Source of the DNA: Gammaproteobacteria bacterium
GTDB taxonomy: Bacteria; Pseudomonadota; Gammaproteobacteria; Pseudomonadales; Halieaceae
Direction: 5' to 3'
DNA: 64,000 bases
Assembly: GCA_030427485.1 (NCBI GenBank)
Contig: JAUICG010000004.1
Location: forward strand, 122,955-186,954
This document shows, in pieces, positions 17,956 to 28,200 of the stretch; the stretch's first letter is position 1; every line of letters starts with the position of its first letter. The notes below the pieces were generated by a model. That model was not told where the DNA came from and searched no databases. It saw nothing but the letters and a program-made list of their open reading frames with translations. The translations under genes were made by a program, and so were the position numbers.

Positions 17956-20900
17956 ATGACTTCGCCTGAACTTACCGGAGGCACCGGTTTTACCTACGAA
18001 GATGCTGTTGTGGCATACTACTTGGTGGCTCTCGTATCGGGGACAACTGCGGCAGGTCTTTCCTCTCGTGTGGTCGAGCGTGTTGCCCAGCAGCAAGCCG
18101 ACTTTGGTGAGCCGCTCGACGACGTCATCGTTGATGCAACCGGGCTAGCCGACGACTCGACAATGAGATTGTCACTACAAGTCAAACGTTCGCTCACGAT
18201 TTCCGATGCGGCTAGCAACACTGACTTCCGTGATGTTATGCAGCGGAGTTGGCAAACGTTACAGAAGTCGGACTTTCGCGAAAACCTTGATAGAGTGGGC
18301 GGGGTCGTGGGCACAGTCTCAGATGAGGCTTTTCGCAATTTCACGACCGTGTGTGAGTGGGCTCGCTCGTCCCAAACTACATCCTCTTTCCTCCAGCGCT
18401 TTGGTGATGGCGGCAACGCTTCTGCTGCTCACCGTGACGTGATTAACGCAGTGCGTAGTATTGCTCAAGAGTCAGCGGCGGGGCCTCTCTCCGATGGAAA
18501 CCTGCATCGGCTGTTTAGTCATCTAATCCTCGTGAAGTTGGATTTTCTGCATGAAGGGTCGACCGGCGAAGCAGACGTTCTGGCCGGGTTGCAGCGCGCA
18601 TTAGTGTCCAGTCAGTCAGGGCATGCGGCAGCGCTGTGGCAACAATTACGCCAGCTAGGGCGGGACGGTGCAGGACGCAGCGCGGAATTCACTCGCGCAT
18701 CGGTTCTCAGACAACTGACTGGCGGCATGAAGTTCGTCGGTACTCCGGCCCTTGCTGGTGACCTGCTGGTGTTGGCAGAGGGGGCCAGGCACTGGTTAGC
18801 GCAACAAGCCAATGACATCGGCGAAACCCATCTCGATCGAGCCGACTTGCGTACTAAGTTGGCCGCCGAGATGGCGGGTCATCGGCTGACCCTCATAAAG
18901 GGCCTGCCCGGGACCGGCAAGTCAGTTCTTCTGCGTGATCTACTTGCGGAGTACAACGCCGATGGATCCACATTGCTTCTGACTGCGAATAGACTCTCAG
19001 GTCGCAGTTGGGCTGAATATGCTAAAGCGATCGGACTGTCAACTGTGGCGATTGAGCCGCTCTTGGTCGAGATCGCCGCGACCGGTCACGCCTTGCTGTT
19101 GATTGACGGCTTGGATCGGATTCCTCCTGAGCAGCGACCAGTTGTTACTGACTTGCTAGGGCAGATTCTGTCGAATCCAGCGTTGGCCAATTGGCGAATC
19201 ATCGCAACCGCGCGCGACGCTGGGATTGAGCCGTTGCGGAACTGGGTGTCGCCAGTGCTTCTTTCGGGTGTGGGTGTCGGGTACGTAGATGTCAAAAACC
19301 TGACGGACGAGGAAGCGTCAACGCTCGCTGAGATGCTTCCGGCGCTGCGCGGTCTCCTGACAGAGGGCGACGATCGTGTTCGCGCTATTGCTCGACGGCC
19401 CTTTTTTGCAGCTGTCTTGGCTCGTGGGTTTGCCAAATCTACGTATTCAGCTGCGTTCGCGCCGCGATCCGAAGTGGATCTCATGGATGCTTGGTGGATG
19501 CGCGGAGGCCATGACGCACAGGATTCCCAGACACTGGCCCGGCAGCGTGCACTGATCGAGTTAGCGCAGCATGGCGCACCTGAACTTGGCCGTAATATAC
19601 GCATCCGTGATCTAACGTCAGCTACGCAGGGCGTTCTTCCGGCACTGGAGGAAGACGGGCTGGTACAGCAGGTTCGGCAGGGTCACACAGCGCAGTTCAG
19701 TCATGACATTTTCTTCGAGTGGTCGTACTACCATCTGCTGCTGGACCAAGGAGACGCGTGGATCAAAGCGTTGACGGACGCGGGTGAGCCGCCGGCGTTA
19801 GCGCGGGTCGTGGAGCTGTTGTCCCAAGCCACGTATGTCGACTCTGATGAATGGGTACATAGCGTGAAGACGCTGCAGGATGCAACGGTACGCCCGCAGT
19901 GGTTGAGAGCTTGGTTGATTGCGCCGATCTTTAGCCCGGACTTTAACGAGCGAGCTGAGATTTACGCATCGACATTGTCTGAGGACAACCACAGGTTGTT
20001 CGGCAAGCTCCTGGTTTGGATACAGGCCGAGAAGACAACACCCAATCCGGCGGTCTTGTCGGGCCAACTGGGGGGAACCAATGATATGCAGGCCGCCGCG
20101 CGCATTCGCCTTGCGGATGCGCTGGGTTGGCCTTCCGACTTTGCTGCGTGGCGCCGGTTGCTCCATTGGGCGCTGGATCATCTAGCAGCAGTCCCCGATC
20201 AATACTTGCCGGATCTCGTGACGCTGTTTGAGACGTGGCAGGTGGCTGTTGCGGACATCGCGAATCCAGTTTCTGAGAGGATTGTTCAGCAGTGCGCCAC
20301 GTGGCTGCACGCCATAGAAGATGAGAAGCAGTCTCGCCGATGGCGGCATAGCATAGACGATGTCGCTGCAGAGGAGCGGGAGCGCGTTCCCACCAATCTG
20401 GAAACTGAGCTACGCAGCTTGGTACTCAGGGCAGCGCGCGCCTACCCTGACGTGGTTAGCACCTACCTTACCAAGATTGAGACCATCGAACGACTGTCAG
20501 AGTCGGCTTTCCGTGAGGTGATGGGCTACGCACCCTTGCTGGCACAGACACATGCGGAGCTCCTAACACTGGTGGCCCGTCGCACTCTGATGAAAGAGCT
20601 ACCGGATGACATAGTGGTGCGCTGGCGCGACGAAGACCGGGAGGAGGGTCGCCATCGTGCGGAGGCCAGGGCGCTTCCCGAGGATCAGCGGACGCCTTTG
20701 GATGAGCTGATGCTAGCCAGCCCAATGTTTCCAAATTCGTTGTCGGACCACGATAGGCGCCGCTTATCGATCGGTGGCGACCATCAAGGCTATTTTCCAC
20801 CATCACCACTGCGTGAGCCATTTCACTCGCTGCTGATTCACGAGCCCGAGGTTGGACTAGTTCTCATACGCGACATGGCGAACCACGCTACGACGGCTTG

Positions 20901-23334
20901 GCATCAGTTTCATCACCATATGCAAGGCGAGGGTAGCCCCTTACCACTATCACTGGAGTTTCCGTGGGGCTGTCAGGACTTTTGGGGCACTGCACTTCAG
21001 TATCAATGGTTCCGCGGACATGGTGGGCCGCAAGCGCTAGAGTGCGCCTTGATGGCGCTTGAGCGCTGGGCGCTCAATCAACTGGATGAAGGGCGTTCAA
21101 CAGCCGAAGTTTTACAGCAGTTATTGGAAGGACATTCTAGTGTTGCCATTCTGGGCATCGCCGTGCATGTGGCCCTGCGGACTCAGGAAGTATCCGCAGT
21201 AACGTTGGCGCTGCTTGGCAGTCAGAGACTTTGGCGCTATGACCTCCAGCGGTGTGTACAAGAGTCGCAATTTCGAAGTGCAGGGCTTATTGGGTTTAAT
21301 CAAGATAATACCGAGATCACGCATCGTGAGGCCGTCATCAATGCCGGCGCTTTGGAGTCTCGTGGCTGGGAGTTGCGTTCTTTGGTTCCTCTATTTGTAC
21401 TTAGGGGTAACGAGCATTTGCGCGCTGCCTGCCGTAGTGCGCTCGAGCGATTTCCAGCAGAGTTACAGTTTGATTACGAAGAGGAGGAACAGGACGAAAA
21501 CCACGTAGCCGAACTGCGGCGGACGGCCGAGTTGTGGGCCGAGTGGGGCCGTGCCGAGAATTACGAAACTTCGGCGGTGCCAGGACGAGACGACGTGGTC
21601 GCGATTGAGCTCCGCAATCCGCGACATTCCTCTCCCGAGGTACAGGAGGCGCTACAGCGCCACGATCAGGTTTCTCAAGAAATAGAGCTTTGGCTCTGGG
21701 TTGTAAAGTGCTTCGAGTCACGCGAGTGGGCACCGGGATTTTCGCCGAGTGAAGCCGTTGAGCGAGCAAGTTCGATGTTTCTGGCTGTGGGGCAAGCAGA
21801 GTCATTGCTGCCTGATAGTGCCATCGCGCATGGCGCAATCGCCGGAACTGCGGCCGCGATTTACTGTTTCTCAGATGCGGAAGACCATAAAGCCTGGGCC
21901 GACGCTACCATAATAGCGTACATGGAAGAGTCGGATGAAGATGCGGGCGATGTGTTCTCGGGGTCGATAGTCTCGTGGCATCCCAAGATTTTTGTGGCTC
22001 ATGCCTTGGCCGCTCGCGTTCGAAGCGGCGGCGCCAGCTCGAGCGACCGTCAGGATCTCTACCAGCTTGTAACCCATCCGCTTGAAGTAGTTTCCTTTGC
22101 TGCCATCGAGGGGATCGCGAAATGCTGGAGACAGGATCAGCGTTTCGCTTGGTGTGGCTTTAACTTGGGTCTGCGTTTGGCGCAGTATAGGCATACGCAA
22201 GATGCGCACACTCTGAGCGCGACGGCCCGCCGAGAGGCGGAGGAATTACGTAGAAACGACGCTCTCACTGAAGCATGTCGAGAGTATGAATCCGAGGGGG
22301 ATCTTCCAACCTGGGTGCGGCCGCATCCGTCTTGGACACAGGATTCCTCCACCCGCAGGCACTACAGGGCCGATGAGGACGACGGTTGGCATCGCTGCGA
22401 TGATACCTGGCTCAGCGATTATGCAGCGAAAGTTTTGCATCTGGTTCCAGTGGTCGATGTCATGGGTAGTGCAGCAAGAAGCCAGTATGTCGGTGCGCTG
22501 GAGGCATTTGTTGCGTGGACGCTAGACACGCTCAACCCGGCGTGGCGAACGGAGCGTCGACGTGGTCGCGAACGTGATGGCGCCGGTTTGTATGAGTGGC
22601 AGGATGAGCTGGGGCGATTGATCGCACGAGTTGCGCCGCACCTACCTGCGGCAGAGGTGCGGGAGAAGTTGTTAGACCCCATTCTGGATCAGCCTGACGA
22701 GATTGCGATGCAACTACTACGTCCCTTTACCATAGCCATCACTTGCTCGGAAATCTTGGACTCGCCGGTGATCACGGATGACACGTTGGAGTTACTTCAG
22801 GCTGTGTTGGATCGTACGCTGCAACACCGTGACTTGTACCGATCGAGCTACAACAATGGGAGGATCAGTGGCTTCGACCTGCCTGACTTGATTAAGTCTT
22901 TGTTGTTTGTATTTGTGGAGCGTGCGGATATGGCGGCGCGATTCGCGAATGGAAACTGGAGCGACCTCCCACGGGTGTTGCCGCTAGTGGACAAAATGGT
23001 CCGGCAAGCTGGCTGGATCCCCTACATTGCGAGACAGTTTGTCACTCTCTGCGAAAGAGCAGGAGCCGACTATCCTGCGGACGTTCTCTCGGAACAGATC
23101 CTGGCACAGATTGAAGATGGAAACTTACCTTCGGGGTGGAAGGGAACGGGCATACCAGCATCGATTGCCGGAATTGTCCAAACGCATGCCGACCGACTAC
23201 ATCCTTTACCAGTTGAGTTGGCTCAAAAACTGTTACATATCTTAGATGCTCTTGTTGACCTCGGGGACCGTCGCAGCGCCGCACTTCAGTCAAGCGAATC
23301 ATTTCGTGGCGTGCGTCTACCGAGCGGCGCCTAG
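17956..23334 (+). CDS. Giant (1792 aa) NLR/STAND-like protein: Cap4/DUF4297-like PD-(D/E)xK nuclease N-domain + NACHT-like P-loop NTPase + ~1300-aa helical C-terminal region
   Basis: The N-terminus TGGTGFTYEDAVVAYYLVALV...PLDDVIVD...MRLSLQVKRS matches the GF.YQ...D...QxK pattern of Cap4-type nucleases. Walker A is LIKGLPGTGKSVLL (~18901-18924). Walker B is ALLLIDGLDRI (~19093-19116), as in NACHT modules. The rest is all-helical with no further recognisable motif. Confidence 0.75.
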   Translation: MTSPELTGGTGFTYEDAVVAYYLVALVSGTTAAGLSSRVVERVAQQQADFGEPLDDVIVDATGLADDSTMRLSLQVKRSLTISDAASNTDFRDVMQRSWQTLQKSDFRENLDRVGGVVGTVSDEAFRNFTTVCEWARSSQTTSSFLQRFGDGGNASAAHRDVINAVRSIAQESAAGPLSDGNLHRLFSHLILVKLDFLHEGSTGEADVLAGLQRALVSSQSGHAAALWQQLRQLGRDGAGRSAEFTRASVLRQLTGGMKFVGTPALAGDLLVLAEGARHWLAQQANDIGETHLDRADLRTKLAAEMAGHRLTLIKGLPGTGKSVLLRDLLAEYNADGSTLLLTANRLSGRSWAEYAKAIGLSTVAIEPLLVEIAATGHALLLIDGLDRIPPEQRPVVTDLLGQILSNPALANWRIIATARDAGIEPLRNWVSPVLLSGVGVGYVDVKNLTDEEASTLAEMLPALRGLLTEGDDRVRAIARRPFFAAVLARGFAKSTYSAAFAPRSEVDLMDAWWMRGGHDAQDSQTLARQRALIELAQHGAPELGRNIRIRDLTSATQGVLPALEEDGLVQQVRQGHTAQFSHDIFFEWSYYHLLLDQGDAWIKALTDAGEPPALARVVELLSQATYVDSDEWVHSVKTLQDATVRPQWLRAWLIAPIFSPDFNERAEIYASTLSEDNHRLFGKLLVWIQAEKTTPNPAVLSGQLGGTNDMQAAARIRLADALGWPSDFAAWRRLLHWALDHLAAVPDQYLPDLVTLFETWQVAVADIANPVSERIVQQCATWLHAIEDEKQSRRWRHSIDDVAAEERERVPTNLETELRSLVLRAARAYPDVVSTYLTKIETIERLSESAFREVMGYAPLLAQTHAELLTLVARRTLMKELPDDIVVRWRDEDREEGRHRAEARALPEDQRTPLDELMLASPMFPNSLSDHDRRRLSIGGDHQGYFPPSPLREPFHSLLIHEPEVGLVLIRDMANHATTAWHQFHHHMQGEGSPLPLSLEFPWGCQDFWGTALQYQWFRGHGGPQALECALMALERWALNQLDEGRSTAEVLQQLLEGHSSVAILGIAVHVALRTQEVSAVTLALLGSQRLWRYDLQRCVQESQFRSAGLIGFNQDNTEITHREAVINAGALESRGWELRSLVPLFVLRGNEHLRAACRSALERFPAELQFDYEEEEQDENHVAELRRTAELWAEWGRAENYETSAVPGRDDVVAIELRNPRHSSPEVQEALQRHDQVSQEIELWLWVVKCFESREWAPGFSPSEAVERASSMFLAVGQAESLLPDSAIAHGAIAGTAAAIYCFSDAEDHKAWADATIIAYMEESDEDAGDVFSGSIVSWHPKIFVAHALAARVRSGGASSSDRQDLYQLVTHPLEVVSFAAIEGIAKCWRQDQRFAWCGFNLGLRLAQYRHTQDAHTLSATARREAEELRRNDALTEACREYESEGDLPTWVRPHPSWTQDSSTRRHYRADEDDGWHRCDDTWLSDYAAKVLHLVPVVDVMGSAARSQYVGALEAFVAWTLDTLNPAWRTERRRGRERDGAGLYEWQDELGRLIARVAPHLPAAEVREKLLDPILDQPDEIAMQLLRPFTIAITCSEILDSPVITDDTLELLQAVLDRTLQHRDLYRSSYNNGRISGFDLPDLIKSLLFVFVERADMAARFANGNWSDLPRVLPLVDKMVRQAGWIPYIARQFVTLCERAGADYPADVLSEQILAQIEDGNLPSGWKGTGIPASIAGIVQTHADRLHPLPVELAQKLLHILDALVDLGDRRSAALQSSESFRGVRLPSGA

Positions 23335-23456
23335 AAGGTTGAAAACTTGTAGGGTAACTTGATTGGCCTTAAAGCGGCCGGGGTGCCTAGATTCAGACAG
23401 GGAATAATTAAGGTGTCGGAAATATGTATATATAATTCGGACTTTTGGCTTGCTGA

Positions 23457-23488
23457 ATGTCCGAAATAATGGTACAAATTTCGGACAT
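23457..23488. promoter_or_regulatory. Inverted-repeat operator candidate abutting the abiEi start
   Basis: ATGTCCGAAAT-aatggtacaa-ATTTCGGACAT (11-bp perfect arms). Related TCGGA half-sites occur at 23415-23419 and 23437-23441. The right arm ends in the probable abiEi ATG (23487). Confidence 0.5.
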
Positions 23489-24140
23489 GAGAGACACTAC
23501 ATCAGACTTGAAGACTGCGATCTTGGCGCGTATCGAAAACGGTGTGCAGCAAGGGGTCTGGACGCCACGAGATTTCCTCGATCTTGGCGCGCGCGATGCC
23601 GTTGACAAAACACTGCAGAGGCTGACACGCTCTGGAATTTTGCGGCGAGTCGATCGTGGTCTTTACGACAAGCCCTTACTCAATAGCCTGACACAACAGA
23701 GCAGTCCCCCCGATCCAAGACATGTCATTGATGCGATTGCTCGGCGAGATCAGGTTCGTGTACTTGTCGATGGCATGACCGCGGCAAATGATCTTGGGCT
23801 GACGAATGCGGTTCCTGCGAAGGTTGTTGTGCATACCGATGCGCGGCTCAAACCAATCTCGCTCGGCCAAATGGAAATCATCTTCAAGCCAACGGCTGCA
23901 AGCAAGTTATATTGGGCCGGGAGGCCGGCAATGCGCATCGTTCAGGCGCTGCATTGGTTGCGAGATACCATGGGCCAGGGAGATGAAGACGAGATATTGA
24001 TCCGTCGCCTGAACGCAATTCTTCATGATCAGGATGATGGCCGAATGCTTCGAGCGGATTTGTCTGAGGGCCTGCCGACACTGCCGAGCTGGATGCAGAG
24101 TTTGCTGAACCCGATGCTAAAAGAGCAGGTTAGCTCATGA
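23487..24140 (+). CDS. abiEi: AbiEi-type (DUF6088-like) type IV TA antitoxin / transcriptional regulator
   Basis: The track ORF starts at 23457, and I prefer the in-frame ATG at 23487 (MRDTTSDLKTAILARIENG...). ...WTPRDFLDLGARDAVDKTLQRLTRSGILRRVDRGLYDKP... is the wHTH signature of AbiEi-like antitoxins. The stop overlaps the abiEii start (ATGA). Confidence 0.75.
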   Translation: MRDTTSDLKTAILARIENGVQQGVWTPRDFLDLGARDAVDKTLQRLTRSGILRRVDRGLYDKPLLNSLTQQSSPPDPRHVIDAIARRDQVRVLVDGMTAANDLGLTNAVPAKVVVHTDARLKPISLGQMEIIFKPTAASKLYWAGRPAMRIVQALHWLRDTMGQGDEDEILIRRLNAILHDQDDGRMLRADLSEGLPTLPSWMQSLLNPMLKEQVSS

Positions 24141-25233
24141 TGAATCCTGAATTCGATCAGATTATGTCAGCGGACCACGAGACGCGGTTGGGTCTTTTTA
24201 CGACAACGGCTCAGCGTTTGGGAACCACTGCCCAGAATGTCGAAAAGGACTTCTGGGTTTGCTGGACTCTCGATGCGCTTTTCAATGGATTGCAAGACAG
24301 ACCCCGGCTGCTGTTCAAGGGTGGCACATCGCTCTCCAAAGGATATGGACTGATAAAACGATTCTCAGAAGATATCGACGTTACGGTATTCCGTGACGCT
24401 CTGGGAGAAGCGGCTTCAATTGAAGAGCTAAAAGCACTCAGCGGTAAGAAACGTGGCAAGGCTCTGGATGACATCAAGGCAGCCTGCGAGACTTACATCA
24501 ACGGACCGTGCTTAGCTGGACTTTCAGCGATCGTTAGCGAAGTAGCGAAGTAGCGAATCGCAATGGATTCAACAAAAGCCAATTTTTCGTCGAGCCAGAT
24601 CCTGAAGACAATCAGGCTCTATATCTGCGCTACCCGACCGCGACGCCTGTCGACACCTATATCACCAAGACGGTAAAAATAGAGTCGGGCGCCAAATCGG
24701 CCCTCGATCCCAACTCCAAACGCATCATCCGACCATATCTAGAAGACGATGTCCCTGGTATCGATCTGTCTGTCGGCAATGTTACAACAGTCGATGCGCA
24801 ACGAACCTTCTGGGACAAGGTTGTGATCCTGCATGGGCTTCGGCGCTGGTTCGATATCCGCGGTGAGCTCAAAGGGGATGGCCAGCCCGTATCGCGCCAC
24901 TATTATGATGCTTGCCAGCTATTGGCATCGCCGGTCGGGCAAAAGGCGCTGCAGGATCGCGAACTGGGCGCCGACTGCGTCGCACATGCCCGCATGTTCT
25001 TCAACCGTCCTGCCTTCGATCTCGCGACAGCAGTGGCGCCCACATTTGCCATTCGTCCGGAAGGAAAGGTGCTCGACGACCTTCGGCGCGACTATCGCGC
25101 CATGTCGGGCATGATCTTCGGCAAAGCTCCCGCGTTCGAAGCGATTATCGAGGACATAGCCGTGCTTGAGACAGCGCTGAACGCACAACCGACAGAGGGC
25201 GCTTCAGAGGCTGGCGGCCAGGGGCATGGCTAA
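24137..25233 (+). pseudogene. abiEii: AbiEii/AbiGii-family nucleotidyltransferase toxin (DUF1814), disrupted by an 8-bp tandem repeat expansion
   Basis: The N-terminal part (24137-24553) contains FKGGTSLSKGYGLIKRFSEDIDVTVF, the NTase GS...DxD motif. The frame stops at TAG 24551-24553. The rest continues stop-free in the frame of track ORF 24823-25233 from 24559 (RNGFNKSQFFVEPDPEDNQALYLRYP...). Deleting one 8-nt unit restores a 362-aa ORF. Confidence 0.8.
24535..24558 (+). repeat. 8-bp tandem repeat x3 inside abiEii
   Basis: TAGCGAAG TAGCGAAG TAGCGAAT. The third unit supplies the premature TAG. Confidence 0.95.
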
Positions 25234-28200
25234 AAAAACAAAAGCCAGAAAGCGGCGTCGCGATTCGAAGCAAGCTCCACATTTAGCCAAGGCAGCATCG
25301 AGAGCCGGATCGAATGCTGGGCGAGGGTTCAGGTATCAGGACGCAGTCTCGGTTTGGTTGGCGATAGAGATATGGACCGGTCGCCGGGCGCCGGCTATCT
25401 TGATCCCGGAAGGTGGTGATGATGTCGAATTACGTGGCGAAGAAACCACGTATATCCAAGTCAAAAGCCGACGCGAACATCTCGGTGATTATTCGGAAGG
25501 CGTGGCAGCAGGTTATATAAAAGAGCTGTGGGGCCGATCGCTTAGTTCCTCCCCGCAGCCGGAACGACTGGAGCTCGTTCTCGAACGGAACGTCGTCGGC
25601 TTTACCCCTCTCGGAGTGCAGCCAGCAAGTCGCGCTATCGAGGGACCAATCGCTACGAAGCTTTTTGAGTTCAGCCCATCTGACGAACTTCTCCCGAAAA
25701 CATCGATACAAATTTCCACCTCGCCCCAAGAGTGGTCAATCAGCATGATTGTCGACCAATTGAATTGTTCTCCGATCGCGGCCCAGATGTGTTTCGCAGA
25801 ACTGCTAGTTCGCGTGGGTGCTTTAGCCGATGCCAACGGCCGACTTTCGCCGGGAAACTATCGTGGACTTTCGGTCAGTGATATCGAGACATCAATTCGC
25901 GATGTAATGGCCGCTGTCGATGTTGCCTCAATCGAGGGCGCTATCCAGGAAGGTATCTGCGAACCGGTCGACTTTCTGACACCCCTCAATGATCCGAACT
26001 TCTATCTCGGGGTCGATGTGCAGCCAGGCCACATCGCCGCAGGGCTGGTTTCGGAACGCCCCAAGGGTCGGTTTGCTTTGGTTCAGGGCCTTGAAGAACG
26101 TCGCGCCGCCCTGATCATAGGTCCGTCCGGAGCGGGGAAATCTGCGTTGATGTGGGAGGCAGCCAACGCGTTGCGCCATACGGTGCGATGGTTCCAGATC
26201 CGTCGGCTCGAGATGACAGATATTCCCGCCATACGACAACTGATTCGGACGTTCCGCGCTTCCCAAGGAAGTCCCGTGGGTTTCGTAATGGACGATGTCG
26301 GGCGAAACAGTCCGGAGAGTTGGGGAGCACTGCTCAAAGAATCGATGTCGATTCCCGGTGTCATCATGCTCGGTTCGGCCCGGGAAGAAGATGTAACGTT
26401 GATCGCGGAGCGCGCTCGTGCAGTCGAAGTACGCGCGGACCCTGACGGTGAATTGGCGGAGCGACTCTGGAAGGAATTGCGCGAAGCTGGAAAGACGGAC
26501 TGGGCGGGTTGGCGAGAGCCATGGAAACTGAGTGATGGTCTCCTTCTTGAATATGTCCATATTCTTACGCGCGGCCGGAGGATGCAGGAAGTATTGGCCG
26601 ATCAGGTCGCGGCTAGAATCTCGGACCCAGCGCGTTCGCTTGAGCTCGATATTTTGCGATCCGCCTCATGGGCTGGTGCGGCAAATGCTGAAATCGATGC
26701 CTCGCGATTGGTCCGCACGCTCTCTGTAAGTGAAGCTGATCTATCCTCAGCGCTGCAGCGGCTAATCCACGAGCATTTGGTTCGGTCGCCTGTGCCTGGT
26801 ACTCTTGCTGGTCTGCACCAACTTCGATCTAAAGAGTTACTGCGTGTGACCCATCAGACAATGTTGCCGACTCTGCAAACGAGTTTCGAACGGACAGTCG
26901 CGAGCGTGCATGCTGTCAATCTCGAACCCTTGGTCGCCGACGCCTTATTTGCGCGGCGCCTGCCGGTCTTGGCAGTGCTCAATAGTTTGATCGTCCGGTT
27001 GGAGAATGAACCAGATGCACGGGCTCTCGCATCAGGACTTCGAGGCTTGGGCTCCGGACGCATTTCTGCTGGAGTGGATGAGTGGCTGGAAACTTCCGAG
27101 GCCCGCGCCCTCCCGCGAACGCAGGTCGGGACCGCTGCAATGTTCGGAATCGCCGGTATCGATCTTGGCAGTCTCGACATTATCCCGGAAGTTCAAGCTG
27201 CAGCCGATCGGCTCTCCCGGATCAAAGGTTCGCCGGAAGATGACCCTCGTCGCTTGCTGATGGAGCGTATGGCCTCGTCCACCTTGTCTGTTCTGATAGA
27301 GGAGGCGGATCTGACGAGCCTTGATGAGATTCTTGGAGCTCTACTCGGTGTGCCTTTATCAGTGGCAGTGCGGTCCGCACTCAGGCGGATTCCATCAAAC
27401 TTACTGAATGCTGATTTGCACCTCGTAGGCTCAGTTATGGGAACGTTGACCGCGCTCGACCGCGAGATCGCGATCCAGTGGGCCACTGAGGTCGGACAAG
27501 AGGTGCTCTTTGCAAAGATTCAGGCAGAGACCGCTTGGGCCGGACCTGTATCTATTGAAAAAGGGGATGACGGAGTGATCGTTCACTGCGACCTCTGGTA
27601 TGTGGCTGGGTCCGTTCAAGGAAATCCGCATGACACAGTTGTGAGTCTATGCGAGTTGATCTTGGCTCTGTGCCCGTCGGCTGACATCGCGATGTCGAGT
27701 GCAATCACTGTGAGCGGTGAGTTGGCAGGTCTTGCTGAGCTGCCGCTTGTAACCAAACGTATACCGCGAGGGAATCTCCCGCCACCATCTCTTCCGCAAT
27801 GGAACAGGCGCTGGGGCGATCTGGTTTCCCGTCGCATCGCCGCTCCAAGTTATAGCGACTATCTTGCAAGAGGTGTGGCTATCCTCGAAGTCCTTGTGCC
27901 CACGTTGGCGAAGATCTTCGATGCACATTTTCGCGGAAAGGAGGCGCCTAGCGGCCTTTTCGAGACGCTCAATTCGCTCAATGCAGAGACCGAGGCGCTG
28001 ACACCTCCAGCTATTTCGTCATTTGTCGCGTCAGGCGCAGGGAGTGAAGACGCAAGCACCGCAGTCACCAAGTTCCAGAATCTGCTTCACAGCTCAAGTG
28101 TGAATCTGATTAAAGGGTTCGCGAAGCTACCTGAACAAGCAGGCGCGTATATCGCTTGGTTGAATGATCTCATCACTGATGTGGATGTTGAGATTGCTGA

